A stretch of DNA of 64,000 nt, taken from contig CM082594.2 of NCBI GenBank assembly GCA_040954595.2, positions 3,581,319 to 3,645,318 of the forward strand. The letters run 5' to 3'. The DNA is from Balanoglossus misakiensis (Eukaryota > Animalia > Hemichordata). Shown piece after piece: positions 63,077-64,000 of this stretch. Both the position numbers and the translations under genes were made by a program. Position 1 is the stretch's first letter, and the number at the start of each line of letters is the position of its first letter. The notes below the pieces were generated by a model, which saw only the letters and a program-made list of their open reading frames with translations, was not told where the DNA came from and searched no databases.

Positions 63077-63568
63077 TAATACAACAACAAAAGATGCTCG
63101 CTGCGATGAATTTCAACGTGTAAATTCAAAATGAATCTACCAATATAGCATTATGTATTTTTTTTACAAACCACCTATAGGTCATGTGAGAAATTGAGAA
63201 ATGTCATTTTTTAAATGAAGTGCAAGAAAGGGGTCAGATTGTATGATTATATGAACGATCTATAAGATTCAAATATTTATGGGGTATGAAAATGTATAAT
63301 CAGAAACATAAGCAATCAGTGCTTTTAGCTCCAGTAGCATTTTTGTTTTGGGTATCAACTGTGGTTTCTTGCTCTACTCTGTACAAGATAAATAATTGCT
63401 AAGTATGTGGTTTTCCAGCACAGCCCTGTAGTAATCAGACTTTGTATTGATGAAATCTGAGTTCAAACCTTGACTTAAATTCATTTGTCAACAATAACAG
63501 CCTTTACTCCTATTACAGGCATTGTTCAGAAGTTTACAATGAACAGCTATCAAGAGTAGAACAAGAAA

Positions 63569-63749
63569 TTGGGGTTGTACCCAGGAGCAAAATACTGAAA
63601 AATCAGACTATTTATTCAAGAAATAACATGAGAATCTGCTCTTTTATATGAACAAATGACTGGGTTTTACCCAGAAGAAAATACTAAAAAATAGACTATT
63701 TATTCAAGATTTCACATGAGAATTTGCTTGTTTATCTGAAAAAATGACT
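63569..63749 (+). repeat. Two-copy ~90-bp tandem duplication downstream of the gene B stop
   Basis: GGGTT.TACCCAG.AG.AAA.TACT.AAAAAT.AGACTATTTATTCAAGA...CATGAGAAT.TGCT...AAATGACT occurs twice. Confidence 0.8.
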
Positions 63750-64000
63750 TCAAGAAATTGACATCTGTAAAGTTCATTTCTGTATAAAAGTGATGTAGAT
63801 GTGTATATATGCCAAAACAGCTATACAAAACATGTGTCTGTTGTAAGTTTTATGCAGTGTAGATGAATTTGGTGACATTTACGCTTCTATTTTTTTAAAT
63901 GTTTTTTTTTTTATATAAATACAGGGAGCATAAGATTATTTACAGTCTCTTACAAACAGATGTCAACATCAGGGTATAGTAGGAGTAATTGTTCATTATT

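Overview
This is eukaryotic genomic DNA: AT-rich, with GT-AG introns, microsatellites and MITEs. It probably comes from a marine invertebrate deuterostome, but the taxon is an inference only. The window holds two tandem, + strand paralogues encoding giant transmembrane mucin/EGF proteins. Gene A enters from the left edge; its last 24 coding exons are visible (306-12189). Gene B appears complete: 55 coding exons from ATG 19225 to TAG 63076. My hand-summed CDS is 17,640 nt (about 5,879 aa) and all intron phases are consistent. Gene B architecture: signal peptide; a single 9,162-bp exon of Thr-rich 15-aa/9-aa tandem repeats; 10 EGFs, several Notch/fibropellin-type; NIDO; AMOP; VWD with GDPH; an Ig/cadherin-like linker; about 28 mostly Ca-binding EGFs; SEA with G-S-V; EGF; transmembrane helix; and a conserved cytoplasmic tail of about 150 aa. 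It therefore joins the MUC4-type core and the MUC1/3/17-type SEA module, giving two potential autoproteolytic sites in one chain. Its NIDO/AMOP region carries striking poly-Tyr/poly-Trp inserts. Paralogue comparison shows a probable gene-conversion tract, a chimeric exon and a gene-A-specific second PTS exon. Introns contain several MITE families with recognisable TIRs and TSDs. All coordinates were read by hand; no database searches were run.
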